Below, piece after piece: positions 1 to 15,701 of a stretch of DNA of 64,000 nucleotides (positions are counted from its first letter, which is position 1; every line of letters starts with the position of its first letter). The stretch spans positions 195,114,001 to 195,178,000 of the forward strand of contig OZ024741.1 of assembly GCA_964016885.1 (NCBI GenBank). Direction: 5' to 3'. Source of the DNA: Eledone cirrhosa. Taxonomy: Eukaryota. The notes beneath the pieces are model-generated. The model was given only the letters and a program-made list of their open reading frames with translations, was not told the DNA's origin and searched no databases. The translations under genes and the position numbers were made by a program.

Positions 1-3000
1 CTGCCTATGTTATATATTGTATGTAGCCTATGTTATATATTGTATGCTGCCTATGTTATATATTGTATGCGGCCTGAATTATATATTGCGTGCTGCCTAT
101 GTTATATATTGTATGTGGCCTGTGTTATATATTGTATGCTGCCTACGCTATATATTGTATGCTGTCTATGTTATATATTGTATGTGGCCTATGTTATATT
201 CCCTATGTGGCCTGTGTTATATTTTGTATCTGGCCTAAGTTATTTATTGTATTTGGCCTATGTTATATATTGTTTGCTGCCTATGTTATATATTGTATGC
301 TGCCTATGTTATATTTTGTATGTGGCCTATATTATATATTGTATGCTGCCTATGTTATATTGTATGTGATCTATTTTATATATTGTATGCTCCCTATGTT
401 ATATATTGTATGTGCCTATGTTTTATATTTTATGCTGCCTATGTTATATATTGTATGTGGCCTATGTTATATACTCTATGTGGCCTGTGTTATATTTTGT
501 ATGTGGCCTATGTTATAATTGAAAGTGGGCTATGTTATATATTGTATGTGGCCTATGTTATATATGGTATGCTGCCTATGTTATATATTGTTCGTGGCCT
601 ATGTTATATATTGTATGTTGCCTACGTTATATATTGTATATGGCCTATGTTATATATTGTATGTAATCTACGTTATATATTGTATGCTGCCTACGCTATA
701 TATTGTATGCTGCCTATATTATATATTGTATGTGGCCTATGTTATATACTCTATGTGGCCTGTGTTATATTTTGTATGTGGCCTATGTTATATATTGTAT
801 GCGGCATTGTTATATATTGTTAGTGTCCTATGTTATATATTGTATGGTGCCTATGTTATATATTGTATGTGGCCTATGTTATATATTGTATGCTGCCTAC
901 GTTATATATTGTACGCTGCCTATGTTATTTAATGTATGCTGCCTATGTTATATATTCAATGTAGCCTATGTTATATATTGTATGCTGCCTATGTTATATT
1001 TTGTATGCGGCCTAAATTATATATTGCGTGCTGCCTATGTTGTATATTGTATGTGGCCTCAATTATATATTGCGTGCTGCCTATGTTTTATATTGTATGC
1101 TGCCTATGTTATATATTGTATGTGGCCTATATTATATATTGTATGTGGCCTATGTTATATACTCTATGTGGCCTGTGTTATATTTTGTATGTGGCCTATG
1201 TTATATATGGTATGCTGCCTATGTTATATATTGTTAGTCGCCTATGTTATATATTGTTAGTGGCCTATGTTATATATTGTATGCTGCCAACGTTATATAT
1301 TGTATATGGCCTATGTTATATATTGTATGTGATCTACGTTATATATTGTATGCTGCCTACGCTATATATTGTATGCTGCCTATATTATATATTGTATGTG
1401 GCCTATGTTATATATTCTATGTGGCCTATGTTATATTTTGTATGTGACCTATATTATATATTGTATGCGGCATTGTTATATGTTGTTAGTGGCCTATGTT
1501 ATATATTGTATGTGGCCTATGTTATATATTGTATGCTGCCTACGTTATATATTGTATATGGCCTATGTTATATATTGTATGCGGTATATGTTATATATTG
1601 TACGCTGCCTATGTTATTTAATGTATGCTGCCTATGTTATATATTGTATGCTGCCTATGTTATATTTTGTATGCGGCCTAAATTATATATTGCGTGCTGC
1701 CTATGTTATATATTGTATTTGGCCTGTGTTATATATTGTATGCTGCCTACGCTATATATTGTATGCTGCCTATGTTATATATTGTATGTGGCCTATGTTA
1801 TTTGTTGTATCTGGCCTTTGTCTTATACTGTATGCTGCCCATGTTATATATTGTGTGCTGCCTTTTTTATATATTGTATGTGGCCTATGTTATATATTTT
1901 ACGTGGCCTATGTATTATAATGTATGCTGCCTATGCTATATAACGTATGCTGCCTATGATATATATTCTATGTGGCCTATGCTATATATTGTATGCTGCC
2001 TATGTTATATATTGTATGTGGCCTATGCTACATATTGTATGTAGCCTATGTTATATATTGTATGCTGCCTATGTTATATATTGTATGTGGCCTATGCTAT
2101 ATATTGTATGTGGCCTATGTTATATATTGTATGCCGCCTATGCTATATATTGTATGCTGCCTATATTATATATTCTATGTGGCCTATGTTATATATTGTA
2201 TGCGGTATATGTCATATATTGTATGTTGACTATGTTATATATTGTATGTGGCCTATGTTATACATTGTATGCTGCCTATGTTATATATTGTTAGTGGCAT
2301 ATGTTATATATTGTATGCTGCCTACGTTCTATATTGTATATGGCCTATGTTATATATTGTATGCGGCATATGTTATATATTGTACGTTGCCTATGTTATA
2401 TAAGGTATGCTGCCTATGTTATATATTGTATGTAGCCTATTTTATATATTGTATGCTGCCTATGTTATATTTTGTATGCGGCCTAAATTATATATTGCGT
2501 GCTGCCTATGTTATATATTGTGTGTGGCCTATGTTATATATTGTATGCTGCCTACGCTTTATATTGTATGCTGCCTATGTTATATATTGTATGTGGCCTA
2601 TGTTATATACTCTATGTGGCCTGTCTTATATTTTGTATGTGGCCTATGTTATATATTTTATGTGGCCTATGTTATATATTGTATGATGCCTATGTTATAT
2701 ATTGTATGTGGCCTATGTTATATATTGTATGCTGCCTATGTTATATATTGTATGTGGCCTATGTTATGTATTGTATGCTGCCTATGTTATATATTGTTAG
2801 TGACCTATGTTATATATTGTATGCTGCCTATGTTATATATTGTATGTGGCCTATGTTATATATTGTATGCTGCCTACGTTATATATTGTATATGGCCTAT
2901 GTTATATATTGTATGCGGTATATGTTATATATTGTATGTGGCCTATGTTATATACCCTATGTGGCCTGTGTTATATTTTGTATGTGGCCTATGTTATATA

Positions 3001-6000
3001 TTGTATGTGGCCTATATTATATATTGTTTGCTGCCTATGTTATATATTGTATGCTGCCTATGTTATATATTGTATGTGGCCTATATTATATATTGTATGC
3101 TGCCTATGTTATATTGTATGTGATCTATTTTATATATTGTATGCTCCCTATGTTATATATTGTATGTGCCATATGTTTTATATTGTATGCTGCCTATGTT
3201 ATATATTGTATGTGGCCTATGTTATATACTCTATGTGGCCTGTGTTATATTTTGTATGTGGCCTATGTTATAATTGAAAGTGGCCTATGTTATATATTGT
3301 ATGTGGCCTATGTTATATATTGTATGCTGACTACGTTATATATTGTATATGGCCTATGTTATATATTGTATGTGATCTACGTTATATATTGTATGCTGCC
3401 TACGCTTTATATTGTATGCTGCCTATATTATATATCGTATGTGGCCTATGTTATATACTCTATGTGGCCTGTGTTATATTTTGTATGTGGCCTATGTTAT
3501 ATATTGTATGCGGCATTGTTATATATTGTTAGTGTCCTATGTTATATATTGTATGGTGCCTATGTTATATATTGTATGCTGCCTACGTTACATATTGTAC
3601 GCTGCCTATGTTATTTAATGTATGCTGCCTATGTTATATATTGTATGTAGCCTATGTTATATATTGTATGCTGCCTATGTTATATTTTGTATGCGGCCTA
3701 AATTATATATTGCGTGCTGCCTATGTTATATATTGTATGTGGCCTGTATTATATATTGTATGTGGCCTATGTTATATATTGTTTGCTGCCTATGTTATAT
3801 ATTGTATGCTGCCTATGTTATATACCCTATGTGGCCTGTGTTATATTTTGTAAGCGGCCTACGTTATAAATTGTATGCTGCCTATTTTATATAGTGTATG
3901 TGGCCTAGGTTATATATTGTATATGGCCTATGTTATATATTGTATGCTGCCTATGTTATATACTCTATGTGGCCTATGTTTTATATTGTATGTTATCTAT
4001 GTTATATATTGTATGTTGCCTATGTTATATATTGTATGTGGCCAATGTTATATATTCTATGTGGCCTATGTTATTTATTGTAATCTGCCTACGCTATATA
4101 TTGTATGCTGCCTATGTTATATATTGTATGTGGCCTAATTTATATACTCTATGTGGCCTGTGTTATATTTTGTGTGTGGCCTATGTTATATATAGTATGT
4201 GGCCCATGTTATATATTGTATGTTGCCTATGTTATATATCGTATGCTGCCGATGTTATATATTTATGTGGCCTATGTTATATATTGTATGCTGCCTACGC
4301 TATATATTGTATGCTGCCTATGTTATATATTGTATGTGGCCTATGTTATATACTCTATGTGGTCTGTGTTATATTTTGTGCGTGGCCTATGTTATATATT
4401 GTATGCGGCATATATTTTATATTGTATGCTGCCTATTTTAAATTTTGTATGCGGCCTATGTTATACATTGTATGTGGTCTATGTTATATATATTATTCTG
4501 CCTATGTTATATATTATAATCTAACTATGTTATATATTGTATGATGCCTATGTTATATATTTTATGTGGCCTATGTTATATATTGTATTCTGTCTACGCT
4601 ATATATTGTATGCTGCCTATGTTATATATTGTATGTGGCCTATGTTATATATTGTATGCTATCTATGTTATATATTGTATGTGGCCTACGTTATATATTG
4701 TATGCTGCCTATACTATATATTGTATGTGGCCTATGTTATATACTCTATGTGGCCTGTGTTATAATTTGTGTGTGCCCTATGTTATATATTGTATGTAGC
4801 CCCTGTTATATATTGTATGCGGCATATGTTTTATATTGTATGCTGCTTATTTTATATTTTGTATGTGGGCTATGTTATATATTGTAATTCACCTATGTTA
4901 TATATATTATTCTACCTATGTTATATATTATATTCTACCTATGTTATTATTGTATGATGCCTATGTTATATATTGTATGCTGCCTATGTTATATATTGTA
5001 TGTGGCCTATGTTATATGTTGTATGTTATCTATTTATATATTGTATGCGGCATATGTTATATATTGTATGCTGCCTATGATATATATTGTATGTGGCCTG
5101 TGTTATATTTTGTACGTGGCCTATGTTATATATTTATGTGGCCTGTGTTATATTTTGTATGTGGCCTATGTTATATATTGTATGTTGCCTTTGTTATATA
5201 TTGTATGCTGCCTTCTTTATATATTATATGCTGCCTATGTTATGTACTCGATGTGGCCTGTGTTATATTTTGTATGTGGCCTATGTTATATATTGTATGT
5301 TGCCTATGTTATATATTGTATGTTGCCTATATTATATATTGTATGTGGCCTATGTTATATACTCGATGTGGCCTGTGTTATATTTTGTATGTGGCCTATG
5401 TTATATATTGTATGTTGCCTATGATATATATTGTATCTTGCCTATATTATATTTTCTGTGTTGTCTATGTTATATATTGTAAATGGCCCATGTTATATAT
5501 TGTATGCGGCATATGTTATATATTGTAATTGGCCTATGTTATATATTGTATAATGCCTATGTTATATATTGTATGTGGCCTATGTTACATATTGTATGTG
5601 GCCTATGTTATATATTGTATGCGGCATATGTTATATATTGTATGCTGCCTATGTTATATATTGTATGTGGCCTATGTTATATTTTGTATGTGGCCTATGT
5701 TATATATTGTATGCTGCTTATGTTATATATTGTATATGGCCTATGCTATATATTTTAAGCTGCCTATATTATATATTGTATATGGCCTATGTTATATATC
5801 GTAAGCTGCCTATAATATATATTGTATGTGGCCTATGTTATATATTGTATGTGGCCCATGTTATATATTGTATGAGGCCTATGTTATATATTGTATGCTG
5901 CCTATGTTATATATTGTTAGTGGCCTATGTTTTATATTGTATGTTGCCTATGTTATATATTGTATGTGGCCTATGTTATATACTCTATATGACCTGTGTT

Positions 6001-9000
6001 ATATTTTGCATGTGGCCTATGTTATATATTGTATGTTGCCTATGTTATATAATGTATGCAGCATATGTTATATATTGTATGCTGCCTATGTTATATATTG
6101 TATGCTGCCTATGTTATATATAGTATGCTGCCTATGTTATATATTGTATGTGGCCTATGTTATATATTGTATGCTGCCTATGTCAAATATTGTTTGTGGC
6201 CTATGTTATATATTGTATGCTGCCTATGTTATATATAATGTATGCTGCCTATGTTATATATTGTATGCTGCCTTTGCTATATATTGTATGTGGCCTATGT
6301 TATATATTGTATGGGGCCTATGTTATATATTGTATGCTACTTATGCTATATATTGTATGATGCCTATTGTATACATTGTATGCGGCATATGTTATATATT
6401 ATATGCGACCTATGTTATATATTGTATGCTGCCTATGTTATATATTGTATGTGGCCTATGTTATACATAGTCAGCGGCCTATGTTATATATTGTATGCTG
6501 CCTATTTTATATAGTGTATGTGGCCTAGGTTATATATTGTATATGGCCTATGTTATATATTGTATGCTGCCTATGTTATATATTGTATGTGGCCTATGTT
6601 ATATATTGTATGTGGCCTATGTTATATATTGTATGCGGCCTACGCTATATATTGTATGCTGCCTATGTTATATATTGTATGTGGCCTATGTTATATATTG
6701 TATGCTGTCTATGCTATATATTGTATGCTGCCTATGTTATATATAGTATGTGGCCTATGTTATATAATCTATGTGGCCTGTGTCATATTATGTGTGTGGC
6801 CTATGTTATATATTGTATGCTGCCTATTTTATATAGTGTATGTGGCCTAGGTTATATATTGTATATGGCCTATGTTATATATTGTATGCTGCCTATGTTA
6901 TATATTGTATGCTGCCTATTTCATATATTGTATGTGGCCTATGTTATATATTGTATGTGGCCTATGTTATATATTGTATGCTGCCTACGCTACATATTGT
7001 ATCTGCCTATGTTATATATAGTATGTGGCCTATGTTATATAATCTATGTGGCCTGTGTCATATTTTGTGTGTGGCCTATGTTATATATTGTATGTGGCCT
7101 ATGTTATATATTGTATGCGGCATAAGTTTTATATTGTATGCTGCCTATTTTATATTTTGTATTCGGACTATGTTATATATTGTAATTGGTCTATGTTATA
7201 TCTATTCTTCTGCCTATGTTATATATTATATTCTACCTATGTTATATATTGTATGCTGCCTACGTTATATATTGTATGCCGCCTATGTTATATATTGTAT
7301 GTGGCCTATGTTATATATTGTATGTGCCATATGTTATATATTGTATGTGCGATATGTTTTATATTGTATGCTGCCTATGTTATATATTGTATGTGGCCTA
7401 TGTTATATATTGTATGTGGCCTATGTTATATATTGTATGTGGCCTATGTTATATATTGTATGCGGCATATGTTATATATTTTATGCTGCCTATGTTATAT
7501 ATTGTATGTGGCCTATGTTATATATTGTATGCTGCCTACGTTATATACTGTATGCGGCCTATGTTATATATTGTATGCTGCCTATGTTATACATTGTATG
7601 CTACCTATCTTATATATTGTATGCTTTCTATATTATATATTGTATGCTGCCTATATTATATATTGTATGTGGCTTATGTTATATATAATATGCTGCCTAT
7701 GTGATATATTGTATGCTGCCTATTTTATATTTTGTAGGCGGCCTATGTTATACATTGTATTCTACCTATGTTATATATTGTATGATGCCTATGTTATATA
7801 TTGTATGTGGCCTATGTTATGTATTGTATGTGTTCAATGTTATATATTGTATGCTACCTATGTTATATATTATATGCTGCCTATGTTATATATTGTATGC
7901 TGCCTATGTTATATATTGTATGTGGCCTATGTTATATACTCTATGTGGCCTGTGTTATATTTTGTGCGTGGTTTATGTTATATATTGTATGTGGACCATG
8001 TTATATATTGTATGCGGCATATGTTTTATATTGTATGCTGCTTATTTTATATATTATATGCTGCCTATGTTATATATTGTATGCTGCCTATGTTATATAT
8101 TGTATGCTGCCTACGTATATATTGTATGCTGCCTATGTTATATATTGTATGTGGCCTATGTTATATACTCTATGTGGCCTGTGTTATATTTTGTGTGTGG
8201 TTTATGTTATATATTGTATGTGGCCCATGTTATATATTGTATGTGGCATATGTTTTATATTGTATGCTGCTTATTTTATATTCTGTATGCGGCCTATGTT
8301 ATAAATTGTAATTGCCCTATGTTATATATATTATTCTACCTATGTTATATATTATATTCTACCTATGTTATATATTATATTCTACCTATGTTATATACTG
8401 TACGATGCCTACGTTATATATTGTATGTTGTCTATGTTATATATTGTATGCTGCCTATGTTATATATTGTATGTGGCATATGTTATATATTGTATGCTGC
8501 CTATGTTATATATTGTATGTCGACTATGTTATATATTGTATGTGGCATATGTCATCTATTGTATGTGGCCCATGTTATATATTGTATGTGGCCTATGTTA
8601 TATATATTATTCTGCCTATGTTATATATTATATTCTACCTATGTTATATATTCTACGATGCCTATGTTATATATTGTATGCTGCCTATGTTATATATTGT
8701 ATGTTACCTATGTTATATATTGTATGCTGCCTACGTTATATATTGTATGTGGCCTATGTTATATATTGTATGCTACCTATGTTATATATTGTATATGGCC
8801 TATATTATATATTATATTCTACCTATGTTATATATTGTATGATGCCTATGTTATATATTGTATGTGGTCTATGTTATATATTGTATGTGTCCTATGTTAT
8901 ATGTTGTATGCTACCTATGTTACATATTGTATGTTGCCTATGTTATATATTGTATGTGGCCTATGTTATATATTGTATGCTGCCTAGGTATATATTGTAT

Positions 9001-12000
9001 GCTGCCTATGTTATATATTGTATGTGGCCTATGTTATATACTCTATGTGGCCTGTGTTATATTTTGTGTGTGGCCTATGTTATATATTATATGCTGCCTA
9101 TGTTATATATTGTATGTGCCATATGTTTTATATTGTATGCTGCCTATGTTATATATTGTATGTGGCCTATGTTATATATTGTATGTGGCCTATGTTATAT
9201 ATTGTATGCGGCATATGTTATATATTGTATGCTGCCTATGTTATATATTGTATGTGGCTTATGTTATATATTGTATGCTGCCTATGTTATACATTTATGT
9301 CGCCTATGTTATATATTGTATGCTGCCTATGTTATATATTGTTAGTGGCCTATGTTTTATATTGTATACTGCTTATATTATATATTGTATGTGGTCAATG
9401 TTATATATTGTAAGCTGCCTATATTATATATTGTATGTGGCCTATGTTATATAATGTATGCTGCCTATGTTATATATTGTATGCTGCCTTTGTTATATAT
9501 TGTATGTGGCCTATGTTATATATTGTATGGGGCCTATGTTATATATTTTATGCGACCTATGTTATATATTGTATGCTGCCTATGTTATATATTGTATGTG
9601 GCCTATGTTATACATTGTATAGGGCCTATGTTATATATTGTATGCTGCCTATTTTATATAGTGTATGTGGCCTAGGTGATATATTGTATGTGGCCTATGT
9701 TATATATTGTATGCTGCCTATGTTATATATTGTATGTGGCCTATGTTATATATTGTATTCGGCCTATGTTATATATTGTAATTGGTCTATGTTATATCTA
9801 TTATTCTGCCTATGTTATATATTATATTCTACCTATGTTATATATTGTATGATGCCTATGTTATATATTGTATGTGGCCTATGTTATATATCGTATGCGG
9901 CATATGTTATATATTGTATGCTGCCTATGTTATATAATGTATGTGGCCTATGTTATATATTGTATGTGATCTATTTTATATATTGTATGCTGCCTATGTT
10001 ATATATTGTATGTGCCATATGTTTTATATCGTATGCTGCCTATGTTATATATTGTATGTGGCCTATGTTATATAGAGTATGTGGCCTATGTTATATATTG
10101 TATGTGGCATATGTTATATATTGTATGCTGCCTATGTTATATATTGTATGTGGCCTATGTTATATATTTTATGTGGCCTATGTTATATATTGTATGCTGC
10201 CTACGTTATATATTGTATGCGGCCTATGTTATATATCGTATTCTGCCTATGTTATACATTGTATGCTACCTATCTTATATATTGTATGCTGTCTATATTA
10301 TACATTGTATGCTGCCTATGTTATATTTTGTATGTGGCTTATGTTTTATATTATATGCTGCCTATGTGATATATTGTATGTTGCCTATGTTATATATTGT
10401 ATGTTACCTATGTTATATATTGTATGTTGCATATGTTATATATTGTATGTGGCCAATGTTATATATTGTATGTGGCCCACGTTATATATTGTATGCTGCC
10501 TATGTTATATATTGTATGTGGCCTATACTATATATTATATTCTACCTATGTTATATATTGTATGCTGCCTATGTTATATACTCTATGTGGCCGGTGTTAT
10601 ATTTAGTCTGGGGCCTATGTTATATATTGTATGTGGCCCATGTTATATATTGTATGCGGCATATGTTTTATATTGTATGTCGCCTATGTCATATATTGTA
10701 TCCTGCCTATGTTATATATTGTTAGTGGCCTATGTTTTATATTCTATGCTGCCTATGTTATATATTGTATGTGGCCTATGTTATATATTGTAAGCTGCCT
10801 ATTTTATATATTGTAAGTGGCCTATGTTATATAATGTATGTTGCCTATGTTAAATATTGTATGCTGCCTTTGTTATATATTGTATGTGGCCTATGTTATA
10901 TATTGTATGGGCCCTATGTTATTTATTTTTTGTTGGCCTATGTTATATATTGTATGTGGCCTATGTTATATATTGTATGATGCCTATTGTATACATTGTA
11001 TGTGGCCTATGTTATCTATTATATGCGGCCTATGTTATATATTGTATGCTGCCTATGTTATAAATTGTATGTGGCCTATGTTATATATTGAATGTAGCCT
11101 ATGTTATACATTGTTTGCTGACTATGTAATACATTGTATGCTGCCTGTGTTATATATTGTATGCTGCCTATGTTATATATTGTATGTGGCCTATGTTATA
11201 TATTGTATGTGGCCTAATTTATAAACTCTATGTGGCCTGTGTTATATTTTGTGTGTGGCCTATGTTATATATTGTATGTGACCCATGTGATATATTGTAT
11301 GTGGCCCATGTTATATATTGTATGTTGCCTATGTTTTATATTGTATGCTGCCTATGTTATATATTGTATGTGGCCTATGTTATATATATTATTCTGCCTA
11401 TGTTATATATTATATTCTACCTATGTTATATATTGTATGATGCCTATGTTTTATATTGTATGCTGCCTATGCTATATATTGTATGTGGCCTATGTTATAT
11501 AATGTATGCTGGTTATGTTATACATTGTATGCGACATATGTTATATATTGTATGCTGCCTATGTTATACTTTGTATGCTGCCTATGTTATATATTGCATG
11601 CTGCCTATGTTATACATTGTATGTTGCCTATGTTATATATTGTATGCTGCCTATTTTATATATTGTATGCCGCCTATGTTATATACTTTTTGCGGCCTCT
11701 GTTATATATTGTATGCTGCCTATGTTATACATTGTATGCGGCCTCTGTTATATATTGTATGCTGCCTATGTTATATATTGTATGTGGCATATGTTATATA
11801 TTGTATGCCGCCTATTTTATATATTTTTTGCGGCCTCTGTTATTTATTGTCTGTTGCCTATGTTATACATTGTATGCGGCCTATGTTATACATTGTATGC
11901 AGCCTATGTTATATATTGTATGCTGCCTATTTTATATATTGTATGCTGCCTATGTTATATATTGTATGCGGCCTATGTTATATATTGTATGCTCCCTATG

Positions 12001-12078
12001 TCATATATTGTATGCTGCCTATGTTATATATTGTATGCGGCCTATGTTATATATTGTATGCGGCCTATGTTATACATT
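1..12078. repeat. 23-bp tandem satellite, consensus TTGTATG(TG/CT)GCCTATGTTATATA, about 520 copies, runs off the window start
   Basis: Unit read directly. The ORF track repeats a 23-aa period (MLPMLYIVCGLCYILYVAYVIYC = 3 x 23 nt) in all plus frames. Abrupt end near 12078. Confidence 0.97.
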
Positions 12079-12222
12079 GGAGAAAGCTATTTTAGATTTT
12101 TTTTAAACAACAGTCAAACTGAAGCTAAAATAGTAATTTATTTATAAGTTAATATTCTTTTTACTTATGTTTCATATACGCTATACATAGAGTGAAAGAG
12201 TTATAACGAACTGGACATCGAA

Positions 12223-12223
<1 letters not shown>

Positions 12224-12253
<30 letters not shown>

Positions 12254-12305
12254 CTTCTTCTTCTTCTTCTTCTTCTTCTTCTTCTTCTTCTTCTTCTTCT
12301 TCTTC
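12224..12305. repeat. (CTT)n microsatellite
   Basis: Direct reading. Confidence 0.97.
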
Positions 12306-13213
12306 ACCCAGAGAACTCTTAGTTCAGAGAACTATCAACTCAAACTGGATTGACTCTCTGACCGTCCTAATATCTATATCAAACAACATTACTTTAAATA
12401 CCCTTCCGAAGAACCCTATTTAGGCCGATTGTATCTGCAATCGTATTTTTTTGGTCCTTACGCATACGTAACGTTTAGCACAAGTAGCAAATTGAGTATA
12501 GTAAAGTATTTTTTAAAAAGTATTTAAAGATTTGTGGGTAAAACGTGGTGTTTTGTTGATATAGAAAGATATACTCTTTTAGGATTTTGCTGTGTGAATT
12601 GTTGCTGACTTTGGGATCAGCTACAGACTTTAAGGAGAAGCTAAAACACGTCCATATACTTCAAATTTCTGCTGAAAATTAAAGTATATGGAATCAGGGA
12701 ACCCACACACTCACAAACCCACAAAGAGTAAACAACAAATAAAATAAAATATAGTCACACCAGAATGACTACTCAACAAAAATCCAAACAAAACTAGTCT
12801 GAGAATGAAATAGACCTTCTAATAAACGCATGGTATTGCCTTACCCAAACGGAAAACATGGGTGCTTCATGTCTGAACGAAATTGCCAAGCGAACATTTC
12901 ATTTTTAAAAACACGAACAGAACAACAGATTCAAAACAAACTAAAACAAATTGAAGTTGCATTTAAATTAATTAACAGACATTCTGATAAACTGAGATGC
13001 GTTTTTTCTTCAAACATCACCATAACAACAACAAATTCAGCTACAACGGACAGGTATTCTTCAAATTATACATTTATTGTAGTCCCTATTTTTAGCGACA
13101 TGTATTTTTTAATTTTTATGTTTATTTTTTTCTGTTCGGCTCCGATGAGGAGACCATTTCAAACTTTTCTTTTTAATATCACTTACTATTATCTATTTTA
13201 TAATCGCGCGCGC

Positions 13214-13290
<77 letters not shown>

Positions 13291-13332
13291 AATAATATTA
13301 ATAAATGGAAGCTATCTTTATAAAACTATATT

Positions 13333-13393
13333 TATTTTATTATATATACTTCAAGGGTACTAACATTTTGGTACGCTCTCATCAGATAAAATA
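13333..13393 (-). ncRNA. Type I hammerhead motif (GAAG variant) in a short TA-flanked repeat
   Basis: Minus strand: tattttat-CTGATGA-gagcgtac..gtaccctt-GAAG-tatatata-ataaaata. Same family as 15377, 34916 and 53821. Confidence 0.75.
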
Positions 13394-13489
13394 CAAAAGT
13401 TGGTTTACAGATAGTGACATATTCAGACAAGAACTTAATGTTGTGAGTTCTATTCAAATATATATATATATATTGGAAAGTGAGGTTTT

Positions 13490-15025
13490 TTACAAAATGA
13501 GAAAGAAAACGGTGTCCTACACGAGTGAAAGTATAAGGAAAAAAGATGAAATCGAAAATGCAACTGGAGTCTTTTTTTTTTAAATATATTTATTTGATTC
13601 CTTTACCGGTTTCGCAGTTCTTGTGCTTTTCAAAAGTAGAATTGAGATGGAAGGTTTGTGGTTTTTCTCACATCTGGTTGGTGTTCGAATGTTACTTCTG
13701 CAATAGGCATTGAAGAATTACGAAAACAGAAACAAATTCAATGTACGTCCAATATTCTATCATATATATCAATACACAATCCAAGAAATGCGGAAGCTTA
13801 CAACACTATTCACAAGAACATCCCGCTATTAAAACAAGACCCAAGAATGAAAAAAGCCCTTGAAACACACAAAATAATCAAAAGCAAAAGACAACCGAAA
13901 TCACTAAAAACATTACTTACCAATGCAAAATTACCAACCACAAACATACAACCAACTGTCAAAAAATATGGTCGCTCTAATTGTGGAACCTGCACTCACC
14001 CCATTGAAGGCAACATGTATACATTTCAATCAGGACAAAATTTTGCTGTAAAAAAATCACTTCACATGCTCATCAAAAAATTTGCCTTATGCCATTAAAT
14101 GTAAAGGATGCAATGAAGATTATATAGGACAAACTAAACTCACACTCAGTAACAGAATGACAATTCATCGCCAACAATTACGTGAGCCTACCACAAGCAG
14201 ATACCACTCAGTGCACATCGAGACATATGCGCAAGTAATAAGACACCCAAATTCCAAGTCCTCCCATTTTATCTTTGCGCTGACAATACAACAGAACAAA
14301 TACGAATAAATAAGGAAAATATGTTTATTCAAAAATATAGACCAGCATTAAATATAGTTTAATATACATTATGTCAACACCATAACATGCTAACCATCCA
14401 AACAGACACATACATACACACACACATAAGACCTTCTATTTTTGAAAATAAAAACCAGAGCTAAATAAACCTTAACATACGTTAATACTCTAACACCTTA
14501 ACATGCTAACAGCCCCCCCCACACACACACACACATAACTCCCTCCCCCATTTCTACTAACAGAATCATTTTCCTACACACACACAAAAAAAATAAATAC
14601 ATATTCTCTCCATCTTAACATGCTAACCATACACACATACATACACACACACATAAACACACATACACACACACACATATAACACCCATACACACACACA
14701 ACTCCCTCCCCCATTTCTAATAATAGAATCATCTTCCTACACACACACACACACACCAGCACACAAATAAAAATACATATCTCTACTTTCTTTATTTCAA
14801 TAGAAAGTCTGAATTTTGACACCCCAGCACATCAGCCATATTCACTGAACCAGAACAATTCTCCCCATCCTGTTTTTCTTGACCATTATCTTTTGTTTGG
14901 CACAAAATTCTCTAAATGGCTACAAAAGAAATTCTCAAATACGGGCGTGAAATTTAATGTACTTGTTCACGTGACTGTCATAATTTCATTTATAACCAAT
15001 CAAATTACATTTTTTGAACATTGTG
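13490..15025 (+). mobile_element. 5'-truncated Penelope-like element (Neptune-like) with GIY-YIG remnant and inverted pLTR at its 5' end
   Basis: Frameshifted ORF 13700-14360: KRQPKSLKTLL, CGTC, YAIKCKGCNEDYIGQT..RMTIHR. 13490-13700 matches 46310-46510, the 3' end of a sister copy, in inverted orientation relative to the ORF. Confidence 0.85.
13599..13639 (-). ncRNA. Hammerhead, U3-A8 core variant
   Basis: Minus strand: ctt-TTGAAAA-gca caagaac tgc-GAAA-ccgg-TA^aag; palindromic stem III ACCGGT. Confidence 0.7.
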
Positions 15026-15183
15026 TTCGCAATTAAATATCATATCGTGCTGGAAATTTAGAAGGTCCTTTCCGGTCGCTATTTCAATCATCTCCGCCAA
15101 CTATAGTTCGCAGGGACGTCTTTCATTCCGTTATGGACGGTCGAATTTTAACACGGACCATTATATATATAATTAAGGGAAAC

Positions 15184-15325
<142 letters not shown>

Positions 15326-15376
15326 TATGACTAAATCTTAATCATCTAATATATCAGGGTATGTCATGTATCATTT

Positions 15377-15438
15377 TGTTTTATCTGATGAGGGCGTACT
15401 GTTCAACTTAACTCAGTACCTCTGAAATATGTATAATA
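15377..15438 (+). ncRNA. Type I hammerhead motif
   Basis: ttttat-CTGATGA-gggcgtactg..cagtacctct-GAAA-tatgta-TA^ataaaa. Confidence 0.78.
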
Positions 15439-15494
15439 AAATATAATTGATTACAAGAATATCTATTTTGTTAATATGTTGAATTAATATTATA

Positions 15495-15684
15495 AGGGCG
15501 GTGGATTGGCAGTATCAGTAGAGAGTCGGACGCCATGCTTTCCAGCATAGTTACGTCCCTTTACGGTCTGAGTTCAAATCCCGCCGAGGTTAACTTTGCC
15601 TTTCATCCTTACGGGGTCGGTAAAATAAAGTACCAGTAATGTACTGGGTAATTGCTGGCCTTGTGCCAAAAGTAGAAACAATTA
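15495..15684 (+). mobile_element. tRNA-derived SINE (cephalopod-type)
   Basis: A-box-like TGGCAGTATCAG, B-box GAGTTCAAATCC, body GCCTTTCATCCTTACGGGGTCG..AAGTACCAGT. Further copies at 31186, 48291 and 49140. Confidence 0.85.
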
Positions 15685-15701
15685 TATATATATATATATA
15701 T

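Noticed and set aside
1-12078. CRISPR-like array
   Set aside because: Contiguous tandem units with no unique spacers and no cas genes; eukaryotic context.
7-12147. Dozens of long Cys/Tyr/Ile-rich ORFs (up to 452 aa)
   Set aside because: Artefact of a 23-bp satellite whose consensus has no plus-strand stop codon; the same peptide appears in all three frames.
12830-13363. 177-aa ORF
   Set aside because: No motif recognised; second half is low complexity and (GT)n. It may be a decayed PLE N-terminus but this is unsupported.
15495-15590. tRNA gene
   Set aside because: A/B boxes belong to a multi-copy SINE head; no cloverleaf.
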